A stretch of DNA of 64,000 nucleotides from an uncultured Mesohalobacter sp. (GTDB lineage Bacteria; Bacteroidota; Bacteroidia; Flavobacteriales; Flavobacteriaceae). The translations under genes were made by a program, and so were the position numbers. This document shows, in pieces, positions 1-9,974 of this stretch. Below the pieces are notes generated by a model that had not been told where the DNA came from, ran no database searches, and worked only from the letters and a program-made list of their open reading frames with translations. Numbering within the stretch: the first letter of the stretch is position 1; the number at the start of each line of letters is the position of its first letter. The DNA lies in assembly GCA_964577705.1 (NCBI GenBank), contig CAZOAD010000007.1:2621-66620 (forward strand). Direction: 5' to 3'.

Positions 1-1274
1 GAATATCTCTCGTATAATTCAGTTTGATGTGACTCTAAACTCACATCACGGCCTTGAATATAGGCATGACTGATGATATTTCCCTTCATATCTAGTGCAT
101 CGCCTTCACTAACAAAAAGCGTGGCGTCTTTCCCTACTTCCAGCGACCCAATCTGATCTTCCATACCAAGAATTTTAGCGGTATTCAGTGTAATCATTTG
201 AACTGCTAATTCTTTATCGACTCCAAATGCTGCTGCAGTACCTGCGTAGAAGGGTAAGTTTCTGGAATTCATACGTTCCATACGTCCGCTTCCTTCCAAT
301 GCTACTAGCACTCCTGCATCGCTCAATAACTTGGGTAATTTGTAGGGCAGATCATAATCATCATCTTCAAAATTTGGATTGAGGTGTGTACGCTGCACCA
401 ATACAGAAATATCATTCGCTGCAAGCTCTTTGGCGACCTTATGCGCATGATATCCACCAACAATCGTCACTCTATCCAAATTCATTTTAGTTTTAAAACT
501 AATAACGTCTCTTATTTCCTTCTCCCCTTCCACATGAATAAAAAGTGCCTTTGACCCATCAAATAATCCAGCCATAGCTTCAAATTCTAAATCAGTGTCT
601 TTGGAGCCTGGAACGTATGCATTTGCATTGTTGAAGTAAGCAACCACCTCATCAATTTCACTGGTGTAGTCTTTATTCTTTTCCCATACTCTATCAGCAT
701 CGTACCAGTTTCCACTTCTGCGGAATCCTCTAGGCCAGTTCATATGAATAGCATCATCCTCTTTGATGACTGCATCTTCCCAGTTCCAGGCATCAAACTG
801 AACCACAGAAGAGGTTCCAGAAATACGTCCTCCCTGAGGCGTGATTTGTCCCATCAATACGCCGTTGGGTCTCATACTTTCTACAATTTTACTTTCAGCA
901 TTGTAGGCGATTAAACTTCTCACATGCGGAAGCATTTTACCGAGTTCATCCTCATCATTTGTAGCAGCAACAGCGTCGATTTCTACCAATCCTAAAGTCG
1001 CATTGGGTGCGATAAAGCCTGGGTAAACGTGTTTGCCACTGGCATCGATTTGCTGCCCTGTTGCCTTGGTCTGGTCGGTTCCAACGTAAGTGATCTTACC
1101 TTCTTCAAAAACGACAACAGAATTTTCTATAACTTCAGTATTTCCAATGTGAGCTGTTGCTCCCACTATTGAAATGGCCTGAGATTGTTTTGGAGCTGGT
1201 GTTTGCTGAGCCTGGCTAGAAAAAACCAAAGTAATGGCAATAAAACAGCTCGTTATTAGGTGTTTATAATTCAT
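1..1274 (-). CDS. Secreted amidohydrolase-family protein (3' end runs off the window), probably lacking the metal-binding HxH motif
   Basis: Not in the ORF track. Read manually from ATG at 1274: MNYKHLITSCFIAITLVFSSQAQQTPAPKQSQAISIVGATAHIG...GKHVYPGFIAPNATLGLVEIDAV...LNTAKILG...GSLEVGKDATLF. Starts 2 nt past the stop of the upstream gene. Confidence 0.85.
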   Translation of the reverse strand, partial: MNYKHLITSCFIAITLVFSSQAQQTPAPKQSQAISIVGATAHIGNTEVIENSVVVFEEGKITYVGTDQTKATGQQIDASGKHVYPGFIAPNATLGLVEIDAVAATNDEDELGKMLPHVRSLIAYNAESKIVESMRPNGVLMGQITPQGGRISGTSSVVQFDAWNWEDAVIKEDDAIHMNWPRGFRRSGNWYDADRVWEKNKDYTSEIDEVVAYFNNANAYVPGSKDTDLEFEAMAGLFDGSKALFIHVEGEKEIRDVISFKTKMNLDRVTIVGGYHAHKVAKELAANDISVLVQRTHLNPNFEDDDYDLPYKLPKLLSDAGVLVALEGSGRMERMNSRNLPFYAGTAAAFGVDKELAVQMITLNTAKILGMEDQIGSLEVGKDATLFVSEGDALDMKGNIISHAYIQGRDVSLESHQTELYERY

Positions 1275-1275
1275 C

Positions 1276-4263
1276 TTATTCGTGTATATGGTTAATATCA
1301 TCTAAACTATCACAATGAAGGTATTCCTTCTCTTTTTTCTTAATCGGTTGTGTTTTTAAGCCTTTATTTTTGGCCTTCATCATTTTATTGATTAAGAATT
1401 GTCTTTCTTTCTGAACTTTAGCTCTCATCGCCTTATCCTTTTCGATATCAAAGTAAACCACACCTTCAATGATGGTTTTTTCTGGTTTGGCGTAAATCGA
1501 TAGTGGGTCTGCATTCCAAAGCACCACGTCTGCATCTTTACCCTCTTTAATACTTCCTACTCTATCATCGATATGAAGTAATTTGGCTGGGTTAAGCGTA
1601 ACAAATTTCCAGGCCTCCTCGGCAGGAACTCCGCCGTATTTCATAGATTTCGCCGCTTCCTGATTAAGACGTCTTATCATTTCACCATCATCACTATTAA
1701 TGGCTACTGTAACTCCTTGATTATGCATAATCGCAGCATTAAAAGGAATAGCATCATTAACTTCGTACTTATAAGCCCACCAGTCACTAAAGGTCGAACC
1801 ACCAGCGCCGTGTTCTTTCATGATATCTGCGACTTTGTAACCCTCCAAAATATGGGTAAACGTATTGACTGTAAAGTCAAATTCTTCGGCCACTTTCATC
1901 AACATGTTGATCTCACTCTGAACATAAGAGTGACAGCTGATGTAGCGTTCTCCGTTAAGAATCTCCAATAAGGTCTCCATTTCATCATCATGACGATAAG
2001 GTTCGCCGGATGCTTTTTTCTCTCCGTAAGCTTTTGCCTGAGTGAAGTAATCTCTAAATACTTGCTCAACCCCCATTCTGGTTTGTGGAAATCTTGAGTT
2101 TCCGCCCCAGTTGGATTGTTTCACATTTTCACCCAACGCAAACTTGATGTGTTTTGGCGTATTGTCGTAAATTAAGTCTTCTGCATTCTCTCCCCACTTT
2201 AGCTTCAAAACTGCTGAGCGCCCACCGATAGGATTGGCAGAACCATGTAATAACTGAATACTGGTGACGCCACCAGCCAATGATCTGTAAATACTTATAT
2301 CGTCTGGGTCTACTGCATCTTCCATAGTGACTTCTGCAGAAGAATTGTGTCCTCCTTCGTTAATGGATGTTCCTGCAATATGAGAATGCTCGTCAATGAT
2401 TCCAGCAGTTAAATATTTACCAGTACCGTCGATGACCTCCGCTCTTCGGTCACTTAAATCCTTACCAATTTTATCAATTTTACCATCTTTGAGTAAAACA
2501 TCAGTGTTTTCTAAAGTACCGGCAGCTTCCCCTGTAATCACCGTAGCATTTTTAATCAAAAGGCGTTGAGGTTCACTTGAGGCCGAAGTTCTACCATAAG
2601 AAGAATTGGGATAAGTCATAGAGAGTAATTCCATCTTTTTATCATCCTTCTCCTCCTTCTCTTTGTCTTCTGAATCTGATTCTGATTGTTTTTTTGTAGC
2701 AGTGAAACTTGCCGTATTTCCATTACCTAAAATAGCTTTTCCTGTAAAATTGGATTGAAAAGGTTGGATTTTAGAAGTTAATATAGCATACTCTTCTTTA
2801 GAAGTGTCTGCATCACTTAAAACTAAAGTCATCCAGTCATCTTCATAGGTCAATTTAGCACCCAACTTTAAGGTGTCCAGCTTAACCTGAGCAGAAAATT
2901 TCCCAGACTTATTGTTGATCGTCAAATCGTGTTTTTTTCCATTCACCACTAAATCATAAGTCCCTGAAATATCGATGACATCTAAAGGTTCTAAACGGTG
3001 ACGATGACCTTGCACCCAATTTTCATAAATTTTGAACTCATCTTCAAACAACTCTTCAGAAGTGATGATAAAGTTTGCAAGTTTGCCTTTTTCCAAAGTT
3101 CCTATGAGGTCTGAAGCTCCAATGGCTTTGGCAGGCTGAGTTGTGATTCCCGCAAAGGCTGTCGTTTTATCTAATCCACGCTCTACAGCTTGTTTTAAGT
3201 TTTTAAGCAATTCTTCTGGAGATTTTAAACCTTTGGTCGTAAATGAAATATCCACACCATTTTCGGCTAGAATTTTAGCATTTTCTGGAGCGTATTGCCA
3301 GTGTTTCATCTCTCCCAAAGTTAAATACTCTCTCAAGAAGGGATCTGCCACATCGTATGCATCTGGAAATTTCAGGGGCAATACAAAATGCGCATTCATC
3401 ATTTTGAGGTCGTCAATTCTTTTATACTCATCACCAGAACCGATGATGGTGTATTGCACTCCAAATTGATCTCCAATTTTATCGGCTCTAAAGGCATCCA
3501 GATAATCATCTACAGAGAATAATTGTGGAAGATTCTTTTTGGCTAAATAAGCTTCAATGGCCAAATCTTTCTCTTCAATGATGCCATTTTCATAAGCTTT
3601 TGCATCGTGGTAAAATTGTCTCAACAATGCCGTATAGCCCATAATTGAACTAGGATAGGCCTGTCTAGACTGCTTACTTTTACTGAATTCATAATAAAAT
3701 GCAGACTGATCTTTAAGGAGGTTTTCATTGAAATTATCGCTTTCTACCAAGGCAAATAAAGCACCATTCCCTCTCATAAAACCATCGGTTATATGAGTAT
3801 TGACAGCTCCAAAACCTGCTTTACGCATGCTAGCAGCGGTTTTCTCATCAAACTCAAAATGAGATTTTGCGGATTGCTCGGGTCTCATGTGGTCGTTCCA
3901 ATAGTAGCCTTTTCGATTAGGATCGTATTGAGGTTGTGAGGATCGAGGTGCTGAAGCGATATCCTTGATACCGAAATCTGAATAGATTTCTATAAAAGAA
4001 GGATAGATGTGTTTCCCTTTTGCATCTATGATCACTGTATTTTCTGGAAGTTTTACATTTTTTCCAACCTCCACCACTTTACCATCTTTAAATAATAGAG
4101 TTCCATTATTTACAGTCTGGGATGGTGAGACATGAATGATGGCAGATTTTACTGCGGTGTAATTGCTTGTTCGTGTTTTTACACCTTTATTTTCAGGAAA
4201 ATAATCCTGAGCAAAAAGACCAAAACTCAACATGCAAAATAAAAGAAAGACGCTTTGTTTCAT
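1276..4263 (-). CDS. Secreted tandem (two-barrel) amidohydrolase-family protein
   Basis: Signal peptide; two amidohydrolase units (GKHIYPSF...GTLEKGKLANF and GKYLTAGIIDEHSH...GSIKEGKDADVVLW). Confidence 0.88.
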   Translation of the reverse strand: MKQSVFLLFCMLSFGLFAQDYFPENKGVKTRTSNYTAVKSAIIHVSPSQTVNNGTLLFKDGKVVEVGKNVKLPENTVIIDAKGKHIYPSFIEIYSDFGIKDIASAPRSSQPQYDPNRKGYYWNDHMRPEQSAKSHFEFDEKTAASMRKAGFGAVNTHITDGFMRGNGALFALVESDNFNENLLKDQSAFYYEFSKSKQSRQAYPSSIMGYTALLRQFYHDAKAYENGIIEEKDLAIEAYLAKKNLPQLFSVDDYLDAFRADKIGDQFGVQYTIIGSGDEYKRIDDLKMMNAHFVLPLKFPDAYDVADPFLREYLTLGEMKHWQYAPENAKILAENGVDISFTTKGLKSPEELLKNLKQAVERGLDKTTAFAGITTQPAKAIGASDLIGTLEKGKLANFIITSEELFEDEFKIYENWVQGHRHRLEPLDVIDISGTYDLVVNGKKHDLTINNKSGKFSAQVKLDTLKLGAKLTYEDDWMTLVLSDADTSKEEYAILTSKIQPFQSNFTGKAILGNGNTASFTATKKQSESDSEDKEKEEKDDKKMELLSMTYPNSSYGRTSASSEPQRLLIKNATVITGEAAGTLENTDVLLKDGKIDKIGKDLSDRRAEVIDGTGKYLTAGIIDEHSHIAGTSINEGGHNSSAEVTMEDAVDPDDISIYRSLAGGVTSIQLLHGSANPIGGRSAVLKLKWGENAEDLIYDNTPKHIKFALGENVKQSNWGGNSRFPQTRMGVEQVFRDYFTQAKAYGEKKASGEPYRHDDEMETLLEILNGERYISCHSYVQSEINMLMKVAEEFDFTVNTFTHILEGYKVADIMKEHGAGGSTFSDWWAYKYEVNDAIPFNAAIMHNQGVTVAINSDDGEMIRRLNQEAAKSMKYGGVPAEEAWKFVTLNPAKLLHIDDRVGSIKEGKDADVVLWNADPLSIYAKPEKTIIEGVVYFDIEKDKAMRAKVQKERQFLINKMMKAKNKGLKTQPIKKKEKEYLHCDSLDDINHIHE

Positions 4264-4274
4264 TGAAATTTGAT

Positions 4275-5348
4275 TTAAAGATTAACGGTTTGTTGTTGAT
4301 AATAGTTGACTAGAAGTGCAACTACGTAATTGTAACTCTCAATACCCTGAGGCTGGTTATTAACTTTTAAGTAATTGCCATAAACTGTTTCCATGATTAA
4401 TTCTACAGGACCCGTGTAGGCCTCCCAAAACTTTTGGACTTCTTTATAATTTTCCAAAACCCCTGGGTTGAGTTCTGCAATAAGAGCTTCCGATAAAAGA
4501 GGATCTTTTTTGTACATATCATTGAGACTATACTTTAAAGAAAAAGTTAAACCCGAATAGCGTAAAAATGCATTTTCATCTTGCATTGTAACAAGGGCCG
4601 CAATAAAATTAGCTTCATTTTCTTTGGAATAGCCTAACTGATGACCTATTTCATGAGCCATCGTTGTGGGCAATTTGTATTTCGGGATTTTATAATTGTA
4701 TTGGCCTTCATTGGTGAAAGGATTGACATATCCACTAAATCCAGCGTAAGAAAGTGGCAAAGAAAACAAAGACTTTTTAATATTTTCAACTCGATATGGA
4801 ATCTCCAAATCTTTATTAGTTGAATTTTTATAAGCCTCAAAAACCAATTTCTGAAGATCCGTTTGTTTAAACTCATACGTCACCTTCAAACTGTCATTAC
4901 TAACTAAATCTGAATGCAGCGCGTTAGTTTTCTGAATCAAATCACAGGTAAACTCATGTAATTCTTCTTTGGTATAGGCTGTTGAAATTCCTAAAGATTG
5001 ATGAAGAGGAAGTCGGTAGTAATTAAACCCCCAGAACAAGTGAAACAGAAAATAAATCAAGGATACAAACGCCAATGCTTCCAAAAGCCGCGTCCAAATT
5101 TTTCTTAGTTTACTTCTGATCAAATTTAGAATCCAATATAAAATAACGAGAACAAGCAGGGCATAAAAAACATCACCAAGTGAAAACGGAATCCAGGAGG
5201 TTAAATAATGTTGAAGTTGAGATAAAAATAAAAACAAGCCTTCACTGTAATAGGCTTCAACCCAATGCGGATGTTGTTTCAATACATAAATCAAAATCAA
5301 CTGAATCGGAAAAAATAAAGCAAGAACTTTTAAAGTGATTTTTTTCAA
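4275..5348 (-). CDS. DUF3810-family membrane protein with zincin HExxH motif
   Basis: N-terminal TM helices, WGFNYYR, GYVNPFTNE, AHEIGHQLG...ENEANF; TTG start. Confidence 0.8.
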   Translation of the reverse strand: MKKITLKVLALFFPIQLILIYVLKQHPHWVEAYYSEGLFLFLSQLQHYLTSWIPFSLGDVFYALLVLVILYWILNLIRSKLRKIWTRLLEALAFVSLIYFLFHLFWGFNYYRLPLHQSLGISTAYTKEELHEFTCDLIQKTNALHSDLVSNDSLKVTYEFKQTDLQKLVFEAYKNSTNKDLEIPYRVENIKKSLFSLPLSYAGFSGYVNPFTNEGQYNYKIPKYKLPTTMAHEIGHQLGYSKENEANFIAALVTMQDENAFLRYSGLTFSLKYSLNDMYKKDPLLSEALIAELNPGVLENYKEVQKFWEAYTGPVELIMETVYGNYLKVNNQPQGIESYNYVVALLVNYYQQQTVNL

Positions 5349-5444
5349 GTGACGGATAAATTATATTTAGAGGACTGGTATTGATCAAAACAATCCATAG
5401 AATCCAAACTTAACCAATTTATAAAAATACTCACATATTTATCG

Positions 5445-5452
5445 TAATTTTG
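5445..5452 (+). promoter_or_regulatory. Bacteroidota sigma-A -7 element upstream of purL
   Basis: TAATTTTG matches TAnnTTTG about 35 nt before the ATG. Confidence 0.5.
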
Positions 5453-5486
5453 AAGGCGTCAAAACACAACTCAAATCCATCAAGAA

Positions 5487-8400
5487 ATGATCATTTTCTT
5501 CAAAGCTGAATCGACGCACTACTACGCAGTTTCCATCGAAAAACGTCCAGACTACGAAACCATAAAAAAACTCAAATGGGTATTTGGCGATGCTCAATTC
5601 ATAGACGAGAAGCAGATTGATGGTAAGTTTGTAGGCCCCAGACAAGTTATGATCACCCCCTGGAGTACCAATGCTGTAGAAATTACTCAGAATATGGGTG
5701 TGGAAGGTATTGAGAGAATCGAAGAGTTTTTTGAAATCACGTCAGAAGAAAAGGAATTTGATAAGATGCTTTTTCAAAGTTATGATGGTTTAGATCAACA
5801 TATTTTCACCATCAATATTAAGCCAGAAGCTGTTCTGGAAATTGAAAATATCTCAGAATATAATCAGAAAGAAGGTCTTGCGCTGAATGACGACGAAGTC
5901 AGTTATTTAGAATCACTCTCAAAGAAGTTAGGTCGAAAATTAACCGATGCTGAAGTCTTCGGATTTTCACAAGTCAATTCTGAACACTGTCGACACAAAA
6001 TCTTCAATGGCACTTTTGTGATTGATGGTGAAGAGCAAGTAGAATCGCTCTTCAAAATGATCAGAAAAACGTCTGAAACTCATCCCAACAGCATTGTTTC
6101 GGCTTATAAAGATAATGTAGCTTTTGTAAAAGGCCCTCAAGTGGAGCAGTTTGCTCCTACTCGTCCAGACATAGCTTCAGAATATAAAAACACGCCTTTC
6201 GAGTCTGTCATTTCGTTAAAAGCAGAAACGCATAACTTCCCAACGACAGTGGAGCCTTTTAACGGGGCTGCGACGGGAAGTGGTGGCGAGATAAGAGACC
6301 GGCTAGCGGGAGGAAAAGGCTCTTTACCATTGGCAGGGTCTGCCGTTTATATGACGGCTTATCCTAGACTTACAGATAGTAAACCTTGGGAAAAAGCCAT
6401 ACCTCAAAGAGAATGGCTGTATCAAAGTCCGTTGGATATTTTGATAAAAGCTTCCAATGGTGCATCAGATTTTGGTAACAAATTTGGTCAGCCGCTCATC
6501 AATGGCTCACTTTTCACTTTTGAGCATGAGGAACACGACAGACTACTAGCCTACGATAAAGTCATTATGTTGGCTGGTGGTGTTGGCTACGGCAAAGCCG
6601 ATCAAGCTATAAAAGAAGTTCCTCAGAAAGATGACGACATCGTGATTCTTGGTGGAGATAATTACAGAATTGGCATGGGAGGTGCTGCGGTATCTTCTGC
6701 AGATACCGGTGAATTTGAAAGCGGCATCGAACTCAATGCTGTACAACGTTCCAATCCAGAAATGCAAAAAAGAGCAGCCAATGCGATACGCGCTATGGTC
6801 GAACTCGACCATAACCCCATCCGTTCAATCCATGACCATGGTGCTGGCGGACACCTGAATTGTCTAAGTGAACTTGTTGAAGATACTGGTGGACATATTG
6901 ATATCGATAAGCTTCCCGTTGGAGATACGACGCTTTCAGCTAAAGAAATCATCGGTAATGAATCTCAGGAACGTATGGGTCTTGTGATTGGAAAAAAGGA
7001 TTCTGAATTTTTAGAAAAAGTAGCTTTACGTGAGCGTTCTCCTATGTATCGGGTAGGAACTGTTACTGATGATCACCAGTTTATCTTCAAAAATTCCAAA
7101 ACACAAGAAAAACCTTTGGATCTCAAGCTAGAAGACATGTTTGGGAGTTCTCCCAAAACGATCATGACAGACCACAGGGTGGAAAGAGCTTATGCTAATG
7201 CTGAATTGGATTCAGAAAAAATTTATGAGTACACAGAACAATTGCTTCAACTGGAAGCTATTGCCTGTAAAGACTGGTTAGTGAATAAAGTAGACCGTTG
7301 TGTTTCCGGGCGAGTTGCCGTACAACAGACGGTAGGCTCTCTTCAAGTACCGCTCAACAATTGTGGAGTGGTCGCTTTAGATTATAACGGAAAGGAAGGG
7401 GTCGCTAATTCGATTGGCCACTCCCCAATTTCAGGTCTCATCGATCCTGTGGCAGGTGCAAAAAATTCCATTGCGGAAGCCTTGACCAATATCATCTGGG
7501 CACCTCTGGAAGATAATTTAACTTCAGTTTCTTTATCTGCTAACTGGATGTGGCCCTGTAACAATAAAGGAGAAGACGCAAGACTCTATGATGCCGTCAA
7601 AGCTGTATCTGAATTTGCCATCAACCTAGGAATAAATGTGCCTACAGGTAAAGATTCCTTGTCGATGAAGCAACGCTATAAAGACCAGGAAGTGCTTTCT
7701 CCAGGCACAGTAATTATCTCTGCGGCAGGACACTGCAACGATATTACCAATGTGATTGAACCCGTGTTTCAAAAAGATGGCGGATCGATTTACTATTTAG
7801 ATTTTTCTCAAGATGACCTAAAACTTGGAGGATCCGCTTTTTATCAATTATTGAATAAAGTGGGGAATGAAGCCCCATCAGTTCGACATGATTCGGAGTT
7901 CAAAAAGAAATTTGATGCCATTCAAAAATTAATTAAGCAACAGAAAATAGCTAGCGGTCACGATATCTCTTCTGGAGGCTTACTCACGACTTTATTAGAA
8001 TTGTGTTTTGCTGAAAATGAATTAGGCGCAGAAATCGATTTCAAAGCTTTTGGTGAGAAAGATATTTTTAAACTCTTATTTGCAGAGAATTCAGGGATTG
8101 TCTTTCAAGCCAATGCAGACCTGACCTCAGATTTTAAAGCACTTGATATTAAACCAGTATATCTAGGAGAGGTCAATTCTACAGGTAAATTATCAATTAC
8201 TCACGAGGACACAATGTATAGCTTTGATGTTGATACATACAGAAACCATTGGTTACAGACCTCTTATGAATTTGATAAGCATCAAAGTGGTGAAAAGAAA
8301 GCCAAAGAACGTCACGACAATTTTAAACACAATGGGCTAAAATTCAAGTTCCCAACTCATTTTGATGGAGAATTAAAACCCGTAGAAGGTAAACGCATTA

Positions 8401-9143
8401 AAGGAGCCATCATAAGAGAAAAAGGCTCCAATTCTGAGCGCGAAATGGCCAGAGCCATGCATCTGGCTGGATTTGACGTGAAAGATATCCATATGACTGA
8501 TTTGATGTCTGGAGCAGAAACTCTTGAAGATGTACAATTTATCGCAGCTGTTGGAGGCTTTTCTAATTCTGATGTATTAGGCAGTGCCAAAGGCTGGGCT
8601 GGAGCTTTCAAGTATAATGAAAACGCTAATCTTGCCTTACGTAATTTCTTCAACAGAGAAGATACCCTATCGCTTGGAGTTTGTAATGGCTGCCAGCTAT
8701 TTGTAGAGTTAGGTCTTATCACCCCTCATCATGAAGAGAAACCAAAAATGCTTCATAACGATTCAGGAAAATTTGAATGTCGCTTTACAGCTGTCACTGT
8801 TGCAGAAAGCAATAGCGTGATGCTAAAAAGTCTGGAAGGTTCAACTCTTGGTATCTGGGCAGCACACGGTGAAGGGAAATTTCATCTCCCTCTTAATGAA
8901 AGCGAGTACTGCATTCCTGCAAAATACTTTAGAGAAGAATTCCCTTGTAATCCCAATGGGTCGGACTATAATGCAGCTATGTTATGTGATGAAACAGGTA
9001 GACATTTGGTAATGATGCCTCACCTGGAACGGTCGACCTTCTCATGGAACTGGGCTCATTATCCTAAAGATAGAAAAGGAGATGAAGTTTCTCCCTGGAT
9101 TGAAGCCTTTCAAAATGCGAAACATTGGTTGGAAAACGCCTAA
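5487..9143 (+). CDS. purL: Phosphoribosylformylglycinamidine synthase (single-chain large PurL)
   Basis: NSEHCRHKIFN, KAETHNFPT, GATGSGGEIRD-like motif, IHDHGAGG; glutaminase GVCNGCQ and MPHLER. Confidence 0.97.
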   Translation: MIIFFKAESTHYYAVSIEKRPDYETIKKLKWVFGDAQFIDEKQIDGKFVGPRQVMITPWSTNAVEITQNMGVEGIERIEEFFEITSEEKEFDKMLFQSYDGLDQHIFTINIKPEAVLEIENISEYNQKEGLALNDDEVSYLESLSKKLGRKLTDAEVFGFSQVNSEHCRHKIFNGTFVIDGEEQVESLFKMIRKTSETHPNSIVSAYKDNVAFVKGPQVEQFAPTRPDIASEYKNTPFESVISLKAETHNFPTTVEPFNGAATGSGGEIRDRLAGGKGSLPLAGSAVYMTAYPRLTDSKPWEKAIPQREWLYQSPLDILIKASNGASDFGNKFGQPLINGSLFTFEHEEHDRLLAYDKVIMLAGGVGYGKADQAIKEVPQKDDDIVILGGDNYRIGMGGAAVSSADTGEFESGIELNAVQRSNPEMQKRAANAIRAMVELDHNPIRSIHDHGAGGHLNCLSELVEDTGGHIDIDKLPVGDTTLSAKEIIGNESQERMGLVIGKKDSEFLEKVALRERSPMYRVGTVTDDHQFIFKNSKTQEKPLDLKLEDMFGSSPKTIMTDHRVERAYANAELDSEKIYEYTEQLLQLEAIACKDWLVNKVDRCVSGRVAVQQTVGSLQVPLNNCGVVALDYNGKEGVANSIGHSPISGLIDPVAGAKNSIAEALTNIIWAPLEDNLTSVSLSANWMWPCNNKGEDARLYDAVKAVSEFAINLGINVPTGKDSLSMKQRYKDQEVLSPGTVIISAAGHCNDITNVIEPVFQKDGGSIYYLDFSQDDLKLGGSAFYQLLNKVGNEAPSVRHDSEFKKKFDAIQKLIKQQKIASGHDISSGGLLTTLLELCFAENELGAEIDFKAFGEKDIFKLLFAENSGIVFQANADLTSDFKALDIKPVYLGEVNSTGKLSITHEDTMYSFDVDTYRNHWLQTSYEFDKHQSGEKKAKERHDNFKHNGLKFKFPTHFDGELKPVEGKRIKGAIIREKGSNSEREMARAMHLAGFDVKDIHMTDLMSGAETLEDVQFIAAVGGFSNSDVLGSAKGWAGAFKYNENANLALRNFFNREDTLSLGVCNGCQLFVELGLITPHHEEKPKMLHNDSGKFECRFTAVTVAESNSVMLKSLEGSTLGIWAAHGEGKFHLPLNESEYCIPAKYFREEFPCNPNGSDYNAAMLCDETGRHLVMMPHLERSTFSWNWAHYPKDRKGDEVSPWIEAFQNAKHWLENA

Positions 9144-9146
9144 ATT

Positions 9147-9647
9147 ATGCTCACTAAAGAACAGCTTATTAAAAGGTTAAACTTAGAAAAACATCCGGAA
9201 GGAGGCTATTTTAAAGAAACCTACAGGAGCAAAATTTCTATATCTGGGTCTAGCTTACCTTCAAACTTTACATCTGATAGAAATGTATCCACCTGTATTT
9301 ACTTTATGTTAACTTCGGATGAATTTTCTGCCTTTCATAAGGTGAATCAAGATGAAGCCTGGCATTTTTATTTAGGAGACCCTATTTTACTTCATATCAT
9401 TTCTCCTGAAGGAAAGTATTCTAAAATCAAAATTGGAAACGATTTTTCAGCTGATGAAACACCTCAGTTTATAGTTCCGGCACATCACTGGTTTGCTGCA
9501 GAAATTGAAAATGTAAACGCTTTTGCACTAGTAGGCTGTACTGTTGCGCCAGGCTTTGAGTTTAAAGACTTTGAACTAGCCGAACGCCAGCACCTTCAGA
9601 AGAAATTCACTCAGCATAGCGAATTAATATCAAGACTCACCCGTTAA
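9147..9647 (+). CDS. Cupin_5 (DUF985) family protein
   Basis: LEKHPEGGYFKETYRS, FSAFHKV..DEAWHFYLG, LVGCTVAPGFEFKDF. Confidence 0.9.
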   Translation: MLTKEQLIKRLNLEKHPEGGYFKETYRSKISISGSSLPSNFTSDRNVSTCIYFMLTSDEFSAFHKVNQDEAWHFYLGDPILLHIISPEGKYSKIKIGNDFSADETPQFIVPAHHWFAAEIENVNAFALVGCTVAPGFEFKDFELAERQHLQKKFTQHSELISRLTR

Positions 9648-9657
9648 GTTTTTCCTT

Positions 9658-9825
9658 TTGAAAACCAAAGTTTGTGCTATTTGCCAGAAAGAGTTTGTAG
9701 TCCTGTATCGGATTCAGATTGAAAAAGGAAAAACTTGGATGTTTGCCTGTAAATCCTGTGTTGAAAAGCATCAGGATGAGCCTGACTACAAATATGGAGG
9801 CACCTGGAAGGGTAAGCGACATTAA
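9658..9825 (+). CDS. Small putative zinc-finger protein (55 aa), missed by the ORF track
   Basis: TTG start 10 nt after the cupin stop; MKTKVCAICQKEFVVLYRIQIEKGKTWMFACKSCVEKHQDEPDYKYGGTWKGKRH*; two CxxC pairs and a YxYGGTWK tail. Confidence 0.75.
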   Translation: MKTKVCAICQKEFVVLYRIQIEKGKTWMFACKSCVEKHQDEPDYKYGGTWKGKRH

Positions 9826-9974
9826 ATCTTAACACGCTTATTTCTAACTAAATGCATTTTTTATTAACATAGCATTTAGAAATTATAAAGTTTTCTCTTA
9901 AGTTACTCATAAGTCTTTTTTTGTCAGTTATTATTTCAATTAATTTGAAGTTTTACAAATCAAAAAATTAGTTA

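Noticed and set aside
9637..9822. 61-aa minus-strand ORF in the track
   Set aside because: It is the antisense shadow of the plus-strand CxxC microprotein, which has clear motifs and operon context.
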